Positions 44,511-60,731 of a stretch of DNA of 64,000 nucleotides are shown here, piece by piece. The notes under the pieces were generated by a model. It saw only the letters and a list, made by a program, of their open reading frames with translations. It searched no databases and was not told the origin of the DNA. Position 1 is the stretch's first letter. The number at the start of each line of letters is the position of its first letter. The position numbers and the translations under genes are program-made. Source of the DNA: Octopus sinensis (lineage: Eukaryota); the NCBI RefSeq assembly GCF_006345805.1, contig NW_021836292.1, positions 124,001-188,000 of the forward strand, read 5' to 3'.

Positions 44511-45768
44511 CGAGGGGCGTTCAATAAGTAATGCCCCTGACCCACTTCCCATAGCAGTAGAGCAACGAAACTTGGCACAGTTATTAGTCTTTTCCTACAT
44601 AGGAACTACCCAGAGTTATGCATTTCTCCCATCGTTTGATACAGCTCTGGAGACCGTTTTTGTAGAAGACCCCAGCTTGGTCCTCCAACCACGACGTGAC
44701 TTCAGAAATCAAGGCTGCATCATCTGGGAAACGCTTTCCTTTCAAAATCAACTTCATGGCTGGGAAGAGGTGAAAATCAGAGGGTGCAAGGGGAGGAGTT
44801 CATAGCTGCACGCCTGTGCTTCTGATTTGGCGACAAGCGAGTTGTGGACCGGAGCGTTGTCCTGCAGGAGGAGGATGCCTTTGCTGATCTTGCCCCGCCT
44901 CTTGATTTTGATAGCTTCTCTTAATTTCCTCAAAAGTGAAGCATAATAGGCTCCTGTAATTGTGGTACCCTTTGCCAGGAAATCTGTCATCACTACTCCG
45001 TCCTGGTCCCAGAAGACTGTGAGCATAACCTTGTCAGCGGAGGGCTGCACCCTTGCCTTCTTTGGAGGAGGTGAGTCACGGGGCTTTCACTGCATTGACT
45101 GGGCTTTGGTCTGTGGATCATAGTGATGGACCCAGGTTTTATCCTGTGTGGTCAGTCTTTTGAAAAATTTTGACTCATCTTCTTGGCACATCTCCAAATT
45201 CATCCTCGAGCACTCAACGCGTTCTTGCTTCTGGAAAGGTGTGAGCAACCTGGAAATCCATCTGGCAGACACCTTTTTCATATGCAAATGGTCATGAATG
45301 ATAGTTTCCACAGACCCGGTACTAATCTTGACCTTATGGGCTATTTGGCGAATAGTTATGCGTTGACCTTCCAAAATGGCAGCCTCAACTTGACGGACAG
45401 ACGTCTCATCAACGGCAGAAGGGGGCGACCAGATCTGGGAGCTGTTTCCACAGAGTTCCGACTATGTTGGAATTCACAATGCCAGCGTTTTACAAGGTCA
45501 TATGATTGGGCATCATCACCATAAGTTACTTTTATTTCATCAAAAGTCTCCCGTGTGTGCGTCCTTTCAAATACAAAAACCAGATCACTGCTCGACACTC
45601 AACAGGCTCCATTTCACACTTGACTCAGTTCAAACACCTGTAAATCAGAAACCACAATTAGTTCAGAGCTGTAATTCGCCACTTAATCTATAGAGGTATA
45701 AATAAGTGCACATGCTAGATCAAACAACTGCAAGTGGGTCAGGGGCATTACTTATTGAACGCCCCTCG
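44511..45768 (-). mobile_element. mariner (irritans-like), second copy
   Basis: Nearly the same as 31742-33006; matching TIRs; TA duplication inside a TA/CATA tract. Confidence 0.92.
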
Positions 45769-45775
45769 TACATAC

Positions 45776-45806
<31 letters not shown>

Positions 45807-45984
45807 CATACATATACACATATATATATATATATATATATACATATATATACATATATATATACACACATATATATACACACACACATACATATGTATA
45901 TTTATATATACATACACACATGCATATGTATATGTATATATACACATACATCTGTATGTATATGTACAATAATATATATACTCT

Positions 45985-46186
45985 TTTACTTGTTTCAGTC
46001 ATTTGACTGCAGCCATGCTGGAACACGGTCTTTAGTCGAACAAATCGACCACGGGACTTATTCTTTCTAAGCATGGTACTTACTCTATAGGTCTGTTTTG
46101 CTGAACTGCTAAGTTACGGGGACACAAACACACCAGCATCGGTTTCAAGCCTGGTGCGGGAACAAGCACAGACACACAAACACATC

Positions 46187-46256
<70 letters not shown>

Positions 46257-46405
46257 ATATAATATTATATATATATAAAACAATAATTATTGTTACAATC
46301 ATATATAAAACTTCTTGTTTTACCGAATATGGTTCCTTTTCATACCGAAACTACTTGGTGAAATTTATTAATTATAAATTAATAATTTTTTACCCTATAT
46401 CTATA

Positions 46406-46495
<90 letters not shown>

Positions 46496-46640
46496 CAACG
46501 GGCTTCTTCCAATTTCCGTCTACCAACTCCACTCACAATGCTTTGGTCGACCCGATGCTGTAGTGGAAGGTAGCACACAGTGAAAGTTAACCCGGAGCCA
46601 TGTAGTTGAGAAGCAAGCTTCTTACCACACAGCCACTCCC
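45985..46640 (-). mobile_element. SINE A (minus) with expanded TA linker
   Basis: 3' module 45985-46180, head 46495-46640. Confidence 0.7.
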
Positions 46641-47106
46641 TTTGTGGTGGGGGTTACTAGGAAAGGGTTGACAGTCACTTCGAAGTTTCGGCGGCGTAAT
46701 CTTCATCGATAAAGGCTATATAGCCGAAACTTCCAAGTGGTAGTCAAACTTCTCGTAAAAAATATAAATGCGTTACTGTGCTGAAAACTATCGAGTTATG
46801 CTTCAATTTAATGTTTGGCTGTTTTATATACGATTATATTTTAATTCATTTGTTTATAAACATACATACATACATACATACATACATACATACATACATA
46901 CGTACGTACGTACGTACATACATACATACATACATACATAAGAGGGAGAAAGGGAGAAATGTGAAGAGGTAAGAGAAGAGAGAGTGTGATAGGCGGAGAG
47001 ATAGAAGAGAGAGAGTGATGTGTGCGTATGTGCGTGTGTGTGTGTGTGTCTCTCTCTCTCTCTCTCTCTCTGTGTCTGTGTGTGTGTCTGTGTATGTGTG
47101 TGTGTG

Positions 47107-47173
<67 letters not shown>

Positions 47174-47673
47174 TTGCACATAAAACACACACGTCACTAT
47201 CCATATAGTCGTCTGTTTATTAGAAGCAAAATCATCCTACGGTAATTTTTGTGTGTGGACAATATATTTTAAAGGCTTCTCAAATTTTTATTTACCTTCT
47301 GCTATAAATTGTGTTATTTTGTTTCTTTTTCCTCTTTGTTATTCATCAAAGTTTACTTTGAACGCAAATTTGTTCTGTTTTCCCCCCTTTTGCAAAATTT
47401 TCAGAAAATTCATGTAAAATAAATATTTATGGATGAATTAACTGCCAAGATTTTCCTACGTAAAGTGACACTAAGCACCAGTTTGTGAAAGAAATAATAA
47501 AGGTCAATTGTGTCATTTTTGTGTATGTGTCCCAAATTAATGTTTGAAATGTTTAAAATAGATATGTTTACACAAAACATTCAATATAAATTTGAAATTG
47601 TTATGGGTTTTTATCTGATCAACTTAAGCCATTTTCAACGAGGTAAATTTTATTGTTCAAACTTTACTTTATG

Positions 47674-47730
47674 TAGATAGATAAATAGATAGATAGGTGG
47701 CTAGATAGATAGATAGATAGATAGATAGAT

Positions 47731-47789
<59 letters not shown>

Positions 47790-47790
47790 T
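47674..47790 (+). repeat. (GATA)n at 3' junction of LINE copy 2
   Basis: Direct reading. Confidence 0.97.
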
Positions 47791-48198
47791 GTTTCTTTAT
47801 TAGCCACACAGGGCTGCACACAGATAGAACAAATTACAAGGTAGAGCTTTTCTTTTGAAGGTTTAAAAAAATAAAATAAAATAAAAATAAAAAATAAAAT
47901 AACAAATAAAATTTTTTAAAAAATGGAAAAGGGGGGTCGATCAAAAGGGATCGTAAAAGGAGAGAAAGAGGACAAAAAAAGGGGGGGTTAAAAAAAAGGG
48001 GGAGAGGAAAAAAAATTGATCAATAGGGATCGTTATCACAGAAATGTCAATATGAAGTGTAAAGGGGAGGACAGGTGAGGTTTACCCGTGGAAAGAAAAG
48101 CCTACGGAAAAGACCACGGTAACCTCGGTCAATGAAGTCACATGTTATATTTCTTTTTTTTTTTGCAAATAAGCAACTCTCTGTATTAATTTTACGGT

Positions 48199-51100
48199 TC
48201 ATAGAATCATAGTCAAGGTGGCTTCGTCATTCATACGTGCCATCCTTGCTACATTCACCCATCTTTTTTTAAAACATTCACTAGACAAAACTTGCCTCTC
48301 TACTCTCACTTTTTTCTTCAAGTGATACTTGAAGAAGTTGATGAGAGATGAGACCAGAGAGGAAAGTGTTTGTCTCTAATCCTTTCAGACGCGTCCACCA
48401 GATACATTCTTTCGCCATAGCCACAAGTATGATAAAAATAGCTCTTCCTTCCCGTTTGAAGGAAGGAGGCGTGACGATATTAACGATAGACTCGGCTGAT
48501 AAACCGACACGTCCCACACGTGACAGCAGTCGTTCGACATAAGCCCACAGGTGGGAAATTGCTGGACACTGCACGATTGCGTGCAGAGCGGTTTCGTCGC
48601 TCTGCCCGCATCTCGGGCAGGTCGGCCCCGTGTTTCTCGAGCCATGCCTATAGAGCTTATCCCGAACGGGTAGCGCTTCTCGGTAGCACCGCCAGGCCAG
48701 GGATCTCTGGAAGTTGTCCATAGGTCCCGGGCCGAAAGTCGTTTGAAACAGGCGGGTCAGGTATTCCTCGTCGACGCCCAGGTTTGCCCCGAGCTCGTCG
48801 TCGTACCTCCCCTCCACTAATCCCCTATAGAATGCTTTGGTTGTGTTGAAGTCACTCAAGGTCGACCCGGGACGGCAGAGTTGCTTGAGAGCAACGCGAC
48901 ACTCGCGGTGCCATTCGCCCTTCTTCGGCCTCTTTTTGATCCACGACTGTAGTTCGGTCATGGAGACGAGTTGCGGGAATGCGTGCCTCACAAACGGCGA
49001 CCACACCTGTTCACCGTCGTCTACATAGAGCCGGAGATGTCGCAGTCTCAGCGCGTGTCTGCGCATCATCAACCACGGCATGCCCAGCCCTCCTTTTAAC
49101 GGGTGTTGACAGCAAATGGATCGCCTGACCATCGGGACGCATCCTTTCCACAAGAAGCGGAAGAGGATGCGTTCTAGTTTGGTGATGGTAGGGTCGGGAC
49201 AAGGTACGACGGTCAGGCGGTAGTAGATGATGGACGCGATGTACGCGTTCACCACCTCCGCCCGACCTTTTAGGGACAGTTTCCTCTCGGCCCATTGCTG
49301 GGCGAGAGTGACCACCCTACTCGTTATCTCGTTCCAGTTCTTCTCCATTTGGAGGTCCGGACCGAACCAGACCCCGAGCAACTCAACCGGGCCGTCTGTC
49401 CAGCGTCCCACGACGGAGGTACTGGTGGACGGCATGGGCTTGCTTCTCCAGGTGCCGAGCCGCAAGCCCACTGACTTTTCCCGGTTGATTTTTGCTCCTG
49501 TCACCGCTTCGTAGTCTTTCAGTGTCTCGCCGACCCGCTCGATGTGCTCGTGGCTTGACACTATGACGGTGACGTCGTCCGCGTATGCAGACACGCTCGT
49601 CCCGCATCCTAATTCTCGCGGGATGCCCCTCAGAGTCGCCAGCTTCCGCAGTAGTGGCTCAAGAGTCAATACGTATAGAGAAGCGCCGAGAGGGGGCATC
49701 CCTGGGACGGACCGAACGTGCAATGTCGAAGGTCTCGATAGATGTCCATTTACGCGAATTACCGAACGGATGCCCCTGTACAAGGCAGCTATCCAGCCGC
49801 GGAAGACGGGACCGAAACCAGCCGCTCTCAGGACTGCCTCCAAGTATCGATGGTCTACCCTATCAAAGGCTTTCGATTGATCCAAGTTGATCAGGGCCCC
49901 ACCCATGCCAGGTTCGTTAACTACCCTGTCTATGATGTAGCGCATCAGATGGAGGTTGTCATGGATCTCCGCCCGGCACGGCGCACGTTTGTGCGTTGTC
50001 GACCAGTTTCTCTCCATGACAAGCGCCAACCTCTTGGCTAACACCTTTGTCAAAATTTTCAGGTCTGCATTGAGCAGAGTGATTGGCCTAAAGTTATCTA
50101 TAATGTTTCCCTTGTTTGGATCTTTCTTCAGCAGAGTTACAGCTCCTCGACTCACAAAACCGGGTATGCTCCCGTTTTGCTGCCAGTTGCAGTATACCGC
50201 TGCCAAGACGTCTCCAAACAAGTCTGGCATACAATAGTAAAATTCGTAGGGTAGACCATCCAAACCCGGTGATTTGTCCCTCGAGCATTCTGCCATCGCT
50301 TCCCGCACTTCCGCCGCCGTGATGGCACCTTCGCAGCACCCTGCCTTTCTTGTCGAGAGTCGTGGCAGGCTATGTAGGTAGGCACTGAAGTCTACCCTAC
50401 GTTCTTGCCCTCCACTCGTCCCGAACAGTCGGGCAAAGTGCTGCTGAAAGGCCTCACACATTTTACTTGGCTCGAGCAATTCGCGCCCCTGTTCATCTAC
50501 CAGTGACCGAATGGTGGCTTTGTTGCCCTGTTGCGCCTCTGCCACCCGGGCCTCTCTCGCGGCTCCAACACCTTCGTTCCTTAGAGCACGCATCCTAGCT
50601 CTGACAGCACATCCTTCGTGTTTGGCGTTGAAGTGTTGGTCGAGGGCCAACCTCGCCGCCAAAACGTCGGATGCGATGCCGCTTCTAATTGCCTCTTCTA
50701 GCTTCTTAACTAGCTCACCCTCTACTCTATTTCTATCTATGGCTAGTGCTTTGCTGTACCTAATCGCTTCTGCTTTTACTGCTCTCTTGAGGGCAAACCA
50801 CCATTTGTTGTTGATGATGGCTCCCGTCAAAGCCCTCTTTACTAGTGTGCTAATCCGGTCTCTGAAAACTTGTCTGGACGGGAATGATGCGTTCAGTTTC
50901 CAGTAGCCAGGACCCTGTCTATGTGCCTTATCTAAGTCTAGCGTACACGTCACCAATTTGTGATCCGTGTAGCTGACTGTGTGGAATTGTGGACATCCTA
51001 AGTTATCCTTGTCTACTGTCCTACACAGTATCCTATCTAGATACGATCTCGACGACCCACTGCGGTTGCTCCATGTCCACGTTGGTGCATTTGGGTGGTC

Positions 51101-51639
51101 GAGTCGGTACCTGTCAGACAGTTGGAATCGTCTGAGCAGGTCTCTGAGGCATTTGCATCCCCTTCTGTTTCTGTCTCTACCCACGTAGTCTACATGCGTG
51201 TCCAAGGTAGCATTCCAATCCCCCACTAAGAGTAAAGGACGAGACGTTCCCAAGAATACTTCTAGACGTCGAAAGAAATCCGCCCAACCTGTTAAGGGCG
51301 GTGCGTAGACTGATACGAGTCGAAAAGCGCACCCATTGCTGCCGTCAACATCCAGAACGATCAGTCTACCCTCCGGGTCTACGAATATCGTCTTGACTTC
51401 GAGATCCAGGCTCTTGTGAAAAAGTACCGCGGTGCCACTACCGCCCATCCTCGGCAGACAGGGAGCGAAATAAATGTTAAACTGTCCGCCAAACATGGAC
51501 TTTAGGGCCCGTGGCTCGTGGAGTCTGTCTCACTTATGGCTATGATTCCCAAATCATGTGACTTGATGTCATTTAGGAGGTATCCTTGTTTCCAAGGAGA
51601 CCCCAAGCCACGCGCATTCACACAACCAATCTTGACCAT
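48199..51639 (-). CDS. ORF2: APE endonuclease + reverse transcriptase + C-terminal zinc knuckle (several frameshifts in this sequence)
   Basis: Start MVKIGCVNARGL at 51639; SVYAP, GDWNA, SYLDRI, YTDHK, GPGYWKLN, YADD; frameshifts near 51530 and 48350; compensated pairs near 49700 and 49990. Confidence 0.88.
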
Positions 51640-51689
51640 GATTCTATTGGGGTGTGTGCTTTAAAACACACAAATGAAAGTACAGAGAG

Positions 51690-53823
51690 TTACTTACTTG
51701 TGTCGAAAGTTTTGGCTTCCTCGTTCTTTGATGTGTCTTCGAGGAGGTTTCTATATAGTTTTTGGGACAGATATTTCTGGAAACCCCCTACAGCATTTGG
51801 GAAGAGGGCTTTGAGTTTGTGGTGTTGTGTTTGTGTGATGTGTAGTATTTTGATGTGTTTGGGTGGTGTAGTGCGTGGATGATTGCTATTTTTAAAGTCA
51901 TCTTCACAAATGTTTGTGTATCCTGTGATGTACTCCATTAGTTTGGAGTCTTTTGTGTCTATCGCTGATAGCATTGTTTTTGTGGTGTTGGTGCTTGTTT
52001 TGTTGTGTATGGAGTTTTCAGGGTTCAGGTATCTCCCTGCTTTGGTTGCGATTTCTTGTTTGGTTTTTCTTGATCTTTTTCTTTTACCCCCTGTGGCTAT
52101 TTGCCATTCTGTCGAACTTTCATCGTTAGATGAAAAGTCTGACGAATCAGCAGGGGGCAAGGGTAAAGCGTCTGGGTGTGTTTGTGCGGTTGTAGATATT
52201 GTTGTGGTGCGCGGGGAGGGTGTTGCTGGGGGGTTTGTTGTGGTTATTGTCTCTCCTACATCCTTGGTGCTTGTCTTCTTCGTTGTTATTCTTGGTGTTG
52301 GAATTGGTTTATTTGTTGTTGGTGGTGATGATTCTGTTCTTGGCGCTGGTGTTGGTGTTGTTTGGTTGGGTTGGCTTGTTCTTTGTTGTTTTTCCTGCAT
52401 TTCCGCATACAGCTTCTTGACTAGCTGTCCATATTGTGGTGTGGGCAATAATCCTGGCTTTTGTGATTTTTCCTGTGGCTGTTGTTGTTGTTGTAATTTT
52501 GCGGCAGATTTGCACTCCTTTTTGAGGTGTGCCTCACTGCCACATGTATAGCATCGTGGCCTTCTGCCCTCGACTACTACGTATAACTTGCGGCCATCCT
52601 CAAGATGTACGTGGGTGGGGATTTTATTTATGTCCTCTTGACTTATGTGGAAGAGGAACTCTATTCTCTTTCCCAGCCAGTCCTTGTTTTCCGAAACACC
52701 GATATCTAGGATGTTTATGTCCTCCATTTCGGATGTTAAGGCGGATGTAATCCACAGTGTTGTAGTCACTTGGGGGACACCACTGATAATGACTTTCGTC
52801 ACCTTCTGGCCGAGGTAACTCGGTGTCAACGTTAGTTCATCAGAATGAAGGGTTATCGTTGAGAATTTCTTCGCCAACTCTTCATTCTGAAAAACCACCT
52901 GTACGTGTGCGAACTTGTTCGCCCAAGTCACACAATCCTTGTATCCCCAGATGGGGCGTAAGCACTTTTCGACTTTGTCTGTGCTTGCCTTTTCTGGACT
53001 TTTTGTTTTTTTATTTGTGATTTTATATACAATTGTCTTTTTTTTCTCCTCATTCAGTATGTGCTGAGGTATGTGTAAGAGTATTTTTCCGTTTTGATTT
53101 GTAATAAGGTTTCTGCAATCTTTAATCTGTTGTGTAGTAAACGAAACTTTTGTTACCTTTTTCTTTTATCGCCTCGGCGAAGTTTGTTGTTGTTTTGTTA
53201 TTGTTGTTACTGCCGGTGGTGTTGGTGTTGATGGCAGGGGTGTGGGTTGTAGGTTTGTGGTTGCTGATTATGCAACTAGCAAGGGGTGGAAAATTGCCTG
53301 CGTAATTTAGTCCTGCATTAGCGCAAATTTCGGCATTTCGTTTGCTTGTCGTCGTTATTTTTTCACTTGTTGGTGATGGAGTGAGCAGTGGTTGAAGGGA
53401 ATTGTTGTTGTCGTCGTCGTTGTTGTTGTTGTTGTTGTTGTTGTTGGTATTGTCGTTCTTGGTGACGGCGGTGGTGTTAGTAGTATTAGTAGCATTGACG
53501 GCACGGTCTTTGGTGGCGGTGATGTTGGTATTGTTATTGGTGGCGACGTCTTTAGTAGGGATAGCAGTTTTAGTAGCAGATTCTGCCATGGTGTTGTTGT
53601 CGGTGTTGGTGGTGGTGGTGGACTCACTGATGGTGTTGACGGTGCTTGGCCTTGCGACCTTTGTTTTGTATTTGTTGCTGTTGTCGATGGTGGCGGAGTT
53701 GTCAGGTTCAGCGTAAGGTAACAGAGCATCCTGTTTTTCTGCCTCTGCGTCACGCTTGACTTGCACCTCAGCCTCGTGGTGACCAGTGGCCATTTTGGAA
53801 ATAAAATGGCTAAATGAAACCAC
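51690..53823 (-). CDS. ORF1: T/N-rich N-terminus, RRM-like region, CCHC zinc knuckle (CYTCGSEAHLKKEC), P/T-rich linker; apparently frameshifted
   Basis: ORF-track 53122..53823 and 51690..52931; a third frame is open across the gap. Confidence 0.7.
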
Positions 53824-54019
53824 GAAGGCTATGAGAATTTTTTCTTTTAAATTTTGCCCACAAGGGGCAAAATTTTGTGCAGATATTAATCAAGGTTTGC
53901 AGTGGATGTTGTTGCACAACTTTTAAACAGAAAATATTTCACAATAAACAATTTTCAACGTACAAAATGACCAACTTACGTGGAGCCCATTTGACTAGCG
54001 TCGGTCCATGTCGAGAGAG

Positions 54020-57078
<3,059 letters not shown>

Positions 57079-57139
<61 letters not shown>
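57079..57139 (+). repeat. (GATA)n at 5' junction of LINE copy 3, followed by (TA)n
   Basis: Direct reading. Confidence 0.97.
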
Positions 57140-57165
57140 GTATAAGTATATATACATATATATAT

Positions 57166-57233
<68 letters not shown>

Positions 57234-57281
57234 ATGTATGCATATATGTATGAATATATATTTTATATACACACACATATA

Positions 57282-57613
57282 TAGGGTAAAGACCCCCTTC
57301 GGTCATGAATGACCATGGGATTGCACCTAGAAAGCTACCTTCCTAGATACAAGTCCGGGCAAGGTTGTTTATGGAAGGCCAGCAGTCGCCCATGCATACC
57401 AGCCTCCCCTCTCCACGCCACCAGTGTTATCCAAGGGAAAGACAAAGGTCGATACAGCTTGGCACCAGTGACGTCGCAACTCATTTCTACAGCTGAGTGA
57501 ACTGGAGCAACGTGAAATAAAGTGCCTTGCTCGAGAACACAACACGCAGCCCGGTCCGGGATTCGAGCTCACAACCTCACGATCGTAAGCTCGACGCTCT
57601 AACCACTGAGCCA
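57282..57613 (-). mobile_element. SINE family C, full length, tRNA-derived head
   Basis: Minus head tggctcagtggttagagcg...gctcgaatccc (A-box- and B-box-like). Confidence 0.8.
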
Positions 57614-57651
57614 TATACACATACATATATATGCATATATATGCATATATA

Positions 57652-57700
<49 letters not shown>

Positions 57701-57819
57701 ACAGAAAGGGAAGAATTTCGATTGTCTCCGCGTGGTGAGTTGTAATATATATAAGAAAGTAAAGAAGGAAAATGCACACACTTTACATAGTTTTAATATA
57801 CTTTTTAATATATCTTGCA

Positions 57820-59630
57820 TTGTGTTTGTCGACCGGTTTCACTTTCGCTATTCATGACATTAAAATTTACTTAAACACGTATTTTCTTAAGAAATTTTTT
57901 GGTCCATGTTGAGAGTGAAATTTATGAATAAATCATTCAACAAGTAGAAAAATCTAAGGGGAAGTAATTGGTTATCGTTATTATTGTGGGCATGGGAGAT
58001 AACTGTTTAGCTTTCGGTAGGGTATGGGGTATATATTTGTATACACAAAAATTCGAAAACTAGATTAGTGGGGAGAAACATATACAGTGAAGGGTATTTA
58101 ATCGTGAATTAAAATATGTAAAGAGATCAAAGTTGGTTATGCGTGCATGTTTAGACGTGTTCTGTATTCTTCTATGAAAAAATTTTCTGTATTTAAACGT
58201 TCTTGTAAAGAAATTGTATCTTTGCACTAGTAGAAGGGGAAAACTGTAAAATTTGGTTTGACGTTACCTGCACATTTCTCTATGTGTTCGCTTAAAGGAA
58301 TTTGTCTGTATTGCAAAAACCGGATCTGCTCTTTATGTAGAGTGGTTCTCCGTCTCAATGTCATACTCGTTAGTCATATATAGTGATGTCCACATCCCCA
58401 GCAGGTTATTACATAAGTTAGGTTCTCAGAGGCACAAGTGAAGTTGGTTTTAATTGTGAACCTCTTTCCTTGTTTGAAAAGGAAATCCGAGCCTTCAAGT
58501 AGGTTGGGGCATGTTCCACATGGTTTCGTAGTTGTGTAAAGCTTCGCATTTGATAGAAGTCTCTTCAGCGATTTGTGGTGCTTTTTTGCATTTGATGAGT
58601 TTATGCGCTTTCAACATGTTTTTCATTTTTGGATCTCTAGTTAGTAAAGGGAGATTTTGCACAATAGTGTTGCATGCCTCTTTGTTTCTAGGGTTGTGGG
58701 TTAATATATACAGTAGTGTTTTGAGATGATGTATTGTGTTATGCTTTGTTGTCCTTAGTGTTTTTATGTCTAATTTCTTGGCACGCTTAATTTCATCGTC
58801 TATAAGTGAGGGTGGATATTATCTTTCAGTTAGTGTTGTTTTGAGGTCTTGAAGACGAAGATCCCGAGTAGTTCTATCAGACACTATTGTGCAAACCCTT
58901 TTTGCCAAATTAAAGGGGATATTAAATTTGATGTGTTTCGGGTGGCATGAGCTAAAGAGGAGATATTGTTTCAAATCCGTTGGTTTATGATAGATGTCAG
59001 TTATAATTTGGTTGTTGACTTTTTTTATCATGATATCCAAAAATGGATATATTCCATTGTTATTTGAACGTTACTATTTATATCATTTAGTGTTAATTTG
59101 AAGTTCAAAAGTTTGTCAATAGTCTCCTTCCAAATGATAAAACAGTCATCCAGGTATCTTTTCCAGCTTTCTCTTATGTAATGGTGAAATGGATAACCAT
59201 ATTTTTGAACTGACACTTCATATATGGTGAATTCAAAATAACCCATTATCAGGTTCGCAAGAACAGGAGCTGCTTTCGTTCCCATCGCAATTCCGCATTT
59301 TTAGGATAGTATGTGTTATCAGATATGAAATAATTGTTCTGAAGTATTAATTTTAAAGATTCAATAATAAAGATCTGACTTATGCGTTCCCGGAGTACTT
59401 TTCCAACCAGAATTTGATTGCTTTTATTCCATAGTCATGTGGAATAAAGATTGGTGTAAAGATTGATAACATCGAGGGTAACCAATATTGCCTCTTCATT
59501 AATTGTTTTTTGTAGGTGCTCTAGCGTCTAAATCGTCTCTAATGAAACTTTCGATGTATCTCAGCAAGGGTTTCAGTAGAATGTCAAGAAAATTGCTTAG
59601 GCGGTGGATTTCAGTTACAGTCAACCAACA
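57820..59630 (-). mobile_element. Penelope-like element (RT + GIY-YIG), degenerate
   Basis: MGTKAAP, WKRYLDDCFIIW, TDIYHKPTD..QYL.FSSCHP, NFTCASENLTYVITC..CG..YI. Confidence 0.88.
57827..57859 (-). ncRNA. Degenerate minimal hammerhead motif at Penelope 3' end
   Basis: TGTC-ATGAATA-GC-GAAA-GT-GAAA-CCGG-TC-GACA: stem I TGTC/GACA, palindromic stem III, GUC site; core has C3A and G8U changes. Confidence 0.5.
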
Positions 59631-60731
59631 AACCTATAAACAGGATGCTACAGTGAAGTACAGTGAGCCTAATTCGAAATGAGTACCCCAGCAAGGTAGA
59701 GGCTATTAAGTTGTAACAAGGTACTGCAGTAGTGTACAATAAACTTTAAATGTTAGTAATTACTACAGTGAAGTGCAAGCCATCTAGATATATGTAGGTA
59801 CTAGAATAAATATCATAATGATGTACATTCCAGGTAGCCATAATTAAATGATTTCATAAAAGTAGGTACAGAAATGAGGCATAGTCCAACACTTCATTCA
59901 TAGGTTAGCGACCGAGTTCCAGATATGTCCCAAATTCAGGTAAAGTCAAGTTAACAATAAGTATCACAGCGATTTACAGTCAATCAATCTATAAGCAAGA
60001 ACTACAGTGAGATACAATAAGCGTAGCTATACGTAGTTACAACAGTCCAATTAGATGTAAGTAGGTTCCAAAGTGAGATATGTCGCAACTAGCTGCTAGT
60101 AGTTATTTCAGTGTAGGATTTTCAGTTATGTACTCTCCAACTAGCTTCAAGTAAAATTCACAGTGTCATACAGTGTACCAAGTTATAAGCATCTCAGTAA
60201 AATCATTCCAACTAGCAGAAACTAAGTACCAAACTGAGGTGCGGTCTCCAGCGGTAGGTATGTTACATTCAGAGAGACACTGCACCAAGATGTAAATAAA
60301 TCTCATTGTGAGTTTCATAACATGTACATTTTAAGTACATTTAGGTACAGTCAAGCTAGATATAATTAGGTATAATTGTATAATTATACAATCTTCTCTT
60401 CCACAGTATTTTCCACGTTGAAATAGAATCCTCTGAGTTATACGAAATTAGAACAGTGGGGTATAGTCGATTTAATTGAGATGTGTTACAACCTTTATGT
60501 TAACTTCACCTAAAAAGGACTAAGTACCAGAGTGAGGCACAGTCAAGCGAAAGGGGTGCAACCAAACAAGTCACAGTCCACTTAGATTTAAATAGATTTT
60601 GTAATAAAAGGTAGAATCTGCCTAAACTAAGTTAAAGATTATGCGCCCAGAATCAACAAGTACGTGGTTCAGAATCGTACTTCATATCCACACGGTCGTG
60701 GATTCACCCATCGTATGGATTCATCCTTTCG

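Noticed and set aside
51883-53721. Plus-strand V/L/G-rich ORFs looking like membrane proteins
   Set aside because: Antisense shadows of the T/N/P-rich LINE ORF1.
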